Part shown: positions 61,428 through 64,000 of the stretch, one piece after another
How positions within the stretch are numbered: the stretch's first letter is position 1
How the letters are laid out: each line of letters opens with the position of its first letter
Source of the DNA: Eledone cirrhosa
Taxonomy: Eukaryota
Assembly (NCBI GenBank): GCA_964016885.1
Contig: OZ024741.1
Span: forward strand, 168,578,001 to 168,642,000
Direction: 5' to 3'
DNA length: 64,000 bases
Made by a program: the position numbers and the translations under genes
Notes under the pieces: model-generated
Databases searched by the model: none
What the model saw: only the letters and a program-made list of their open reading frames with translations
What the model was told of the DNA's origin: nothing

Positions 61428-61918
61428 CCGTATATACTCTAATATAAGCCAATCCGAATATAGGTCGACCCCCTAATATATGTCTCAGAAATAAACAAAA
61501 ATCCAAATTCCATTTATAATCCAAGGCAGTTAATCAACACATTATGTTTATATGGTGTGGTTTTGAAATTTTCATGAAATTTTAATATTTTGATATTCAA
61601 AATATTTTAAGCATCATTTAGAGTATAGTGTATGTTTCACAACTTCATTGCATAATTATTTTTTACCAATTTATGACCATTTTGAAGGCTATATTCAAAA
61701 CATCAAAACATCAAAAACAATAGGAAATACAAATTTCACATTGAAAGTGAAACTGGTATAATATTCACCTCCAAAGTGAAAATGTTTTAGCACCTCATTT
61801 ACATAGAATTTTGAAGTAGGTGGAAATCAGCAAAATATTGACTTCGAATATAAGCTGACCCATTTTACCATTGACATTTTTGTCACATATTTCTCAACTT
61901 ATATACGAGTATATACGG
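61428..61918. mobile_element. Tc2/pogo-like (Tc1-mariner superfamily) MITE
   Basis: TIRs CCGTATATACTCtaATATAAG / CTTATAtaCGAGTATATACGG; TA on the left; internal subterminal repeats CGAATATARG. Confidence 0.75.
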
Positions 61919-62224
61919 AAGTTCTTTTATTAAATTATTCCATTCTATGATTATTTCAATATGTACATTTTACTCAACATCATTATGTATATTTTTTCAA
62001 TAGCTTGTAAAATATTGGGATATAAAGGCAGACCTATCTAATTAAGAATGTGTTTTAATGAGAATTTTTTGGATTATAGTTTTATAAAAGGAAAACAGAA
62101 AGAGCTCTAGAAAAAGAGAAAATATATAAAAGACCATAAGGTAGATTGAGTTCTTATTCTGATGAACTGTAAAATTTAATAATGGTTATTTCATCATGTG
62201 TGTATATGAATATACACACACATT

Positions 62225-62885
62225 GTATGATGCTTGTATACGAATAGCAAAGGTAGTGAGACCTGGGCATTGTGTGCAGAGGATCTGTGCAGATTGGAAA
62301 GAAACGAAGCATAAAAGCCCTGATGGATGTGTAATACACAGCTGTATAAAAAAGTGTAGAGCAATCAAAATTGATGGAAGCTACAGAGTAGGTAGATCCA
62401 GAAAGACCCGGGACGAGATGATATAAGCTGACCTTGCACACTTGAACCTTTCTAAGACAATGACAGGATTGGGATCTTTGGCGCTATGCAGTAAAACAGA
62501 AGATCCGCCTTGTTGGCAGCTCTTAATCTAATATACACGCTACAACCCCACACCCCACACACCTCCATTCCACTTCCACCCACACCACTCTTACTCTGTA
62601 AAGTTATGTTGGTACCACAAAACATCCAGCCCACACTGTAAAGTGATCTTGTAGGTGTCACTACAAAATGCACACTGTAAAGTGGTTCTGCAGGAGACAC
62701 GGCAAAAAGCACCCAGCATACACTGTAAATGTGGTTGGCATTAGGAAGGGCATCCAGCTGTAGAAAACCAGCCAGAAACAGTTCTATATGAATGAGACAT
62801 GGTCACATAAACAAACTTGTCTCAACTGGGACAAACTCATTTAACCCATGCTAACATGGAAGATAGACATTTGATGATGATGATT
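62225..62885 (+). mobile_element. Decayed RTE LINE 3' end with the shared tail module
   Basis: LYDACIR..CIKKCRAIKIDGS..VGRSRKT; same UTR and (GAT)n as 47452-47960. Confidence 0.8.
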
Positions 62886-63286
62886 ATATATAATAGTAAT
62901 AATTATGAAATAATTGTGTACAGTGCTCAGGTGCACTACAACTCATCAAAGGTGCATGTATAGTATATAGAATAATGTACAAATGCCAGGAAAGTTTAAG
63001 GATTGTAATGTTAGGCTATTGTTGGTTCACCAAAGTGAGCATTCGATGCATTGTCTCTAGTATGTACTTTGGGGTTGTACTAAGCAGAGTGTAATATTAA
63101 TCATAAGTATGGACAAGGTGTCAAATTTTCATAAGTTTATTCAGGTGTGACACACATATCACGATTGAACCCAGAATCACATGGTTTCAAAACAAATTCC
63201 TTATCCCTCCTCAGCAATGCCTGCATTGACATCTCTCGCTCTCTCTCCCTCTCTCTCTCATACACACACACCATATATATATATAC

Positions 63287-63430
63287 ATATTTATTTATTT
63301 ATTATAGAAATGACTTCTACAGTACAAAAACTGTTTCATTCGTAAGAAATCGTCAGACTTTCCTGATGATTTTTTATGAATGAAACAGTTCTAGTGGTAT
63401 GGAAGTCATTTCTATAATAAAATAAATATG
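63287..63430. repeat. Fold-back, about 68-bp arms with a 6-nt loop, each arm starting at a hammerhead core
   Basis: Right arm CUGAUGA-U-UUU(uuau)GAA-U-GAAACAGUU; left arm reverse complement CUGACGA-U-UUC(uuac)GAA-U-GAAACAGUU. Confidence 0.7.
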
Positions 63431-64000
63431 CTCCTATACGCTACTAACAAAATGAGTATCATTTTTAACTGTAGTCATCTCCCAAAATACATCAGGAATT
63501 CACCTATATATACATATATATCCACACACATGCACACACACACACATACACACACACACACATATATATATGTATATATATGTGTGTGTATGTGTATATA
63601 TATATATATATATTGCCAAATGTTATAAATCATAATTGTTTCATATATGTAATTGTGGAACATGTTTTGGCGTCTTATGTATGTGTTATTTGGTTATCTC
63701 TACATAATCCTCAGAAGAGATAAATAAAAAAAACATTACTTAGGTCCGTCACACTTTAACTGTGCCTGCCACTTTTAAAATACAATGTTGTTATCAGGAG
63801 AAAACATCAATTTAATATTTCCATGATTTTTTTTAATCAATGTTTTATCACATAATATTTTTTTCCTTTCTCTTCACAAACATATTTAACTCTATGAAAG
63901 CATATGGCCTAGTAGTTAGGGTGTTGAATTTTATACATATATATATGTTTGTATACATGAGAGCGGAGTCATACTGATTACATGAAAAGAGGCAGCTACA

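Overview
Eukaryotic, AT-rich, microsatellite-dense DNA. The SINE/LINE repertoire and the abundance of (TA)n suggest an octopus or other coleoid cephalopod; this is inference, not a database match. I can support no host-gene exon, rRNA, tRNA gene or CRISPR array. The window is a nest of retroelements. (1) At least three Penelope-like element (PLE) lineages, including Naiad-type GIY-YIG fragments, sit in (TA)n tracts and often form fold-back (inverted) structures. (2) Their pseudo-LTRs carry about 20 hammerhead-ribozyme (HHR) motifs in about 9 sequence families. Several show compensatory stem changes between copies, and several have non-canonical cores (CAGAAGA, CCGANGA, U-U or C-A at the base of stem II, very long stem II, loopless palindromic stem III). 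(3) A full-length but degenerate L1/Tx1 LINE (51982-57989) and the 5' part of a diverged relative (1-1335) both start exactly at an (AAT)n tract and share a hairpin-rich 5' UTR. (4) RTE LINE 3' ends share their tail with a tRNA-derived SINE. (5) Also present are Nin/Deu-type SINEs, R4/Dong and CR1 fragments, and hAT and Tc2/pogo MITEs with clear TIRs. Most ORFs in the supplied track are microsatellite artefacts. All structures were read by eye, so boundaries are approximate.
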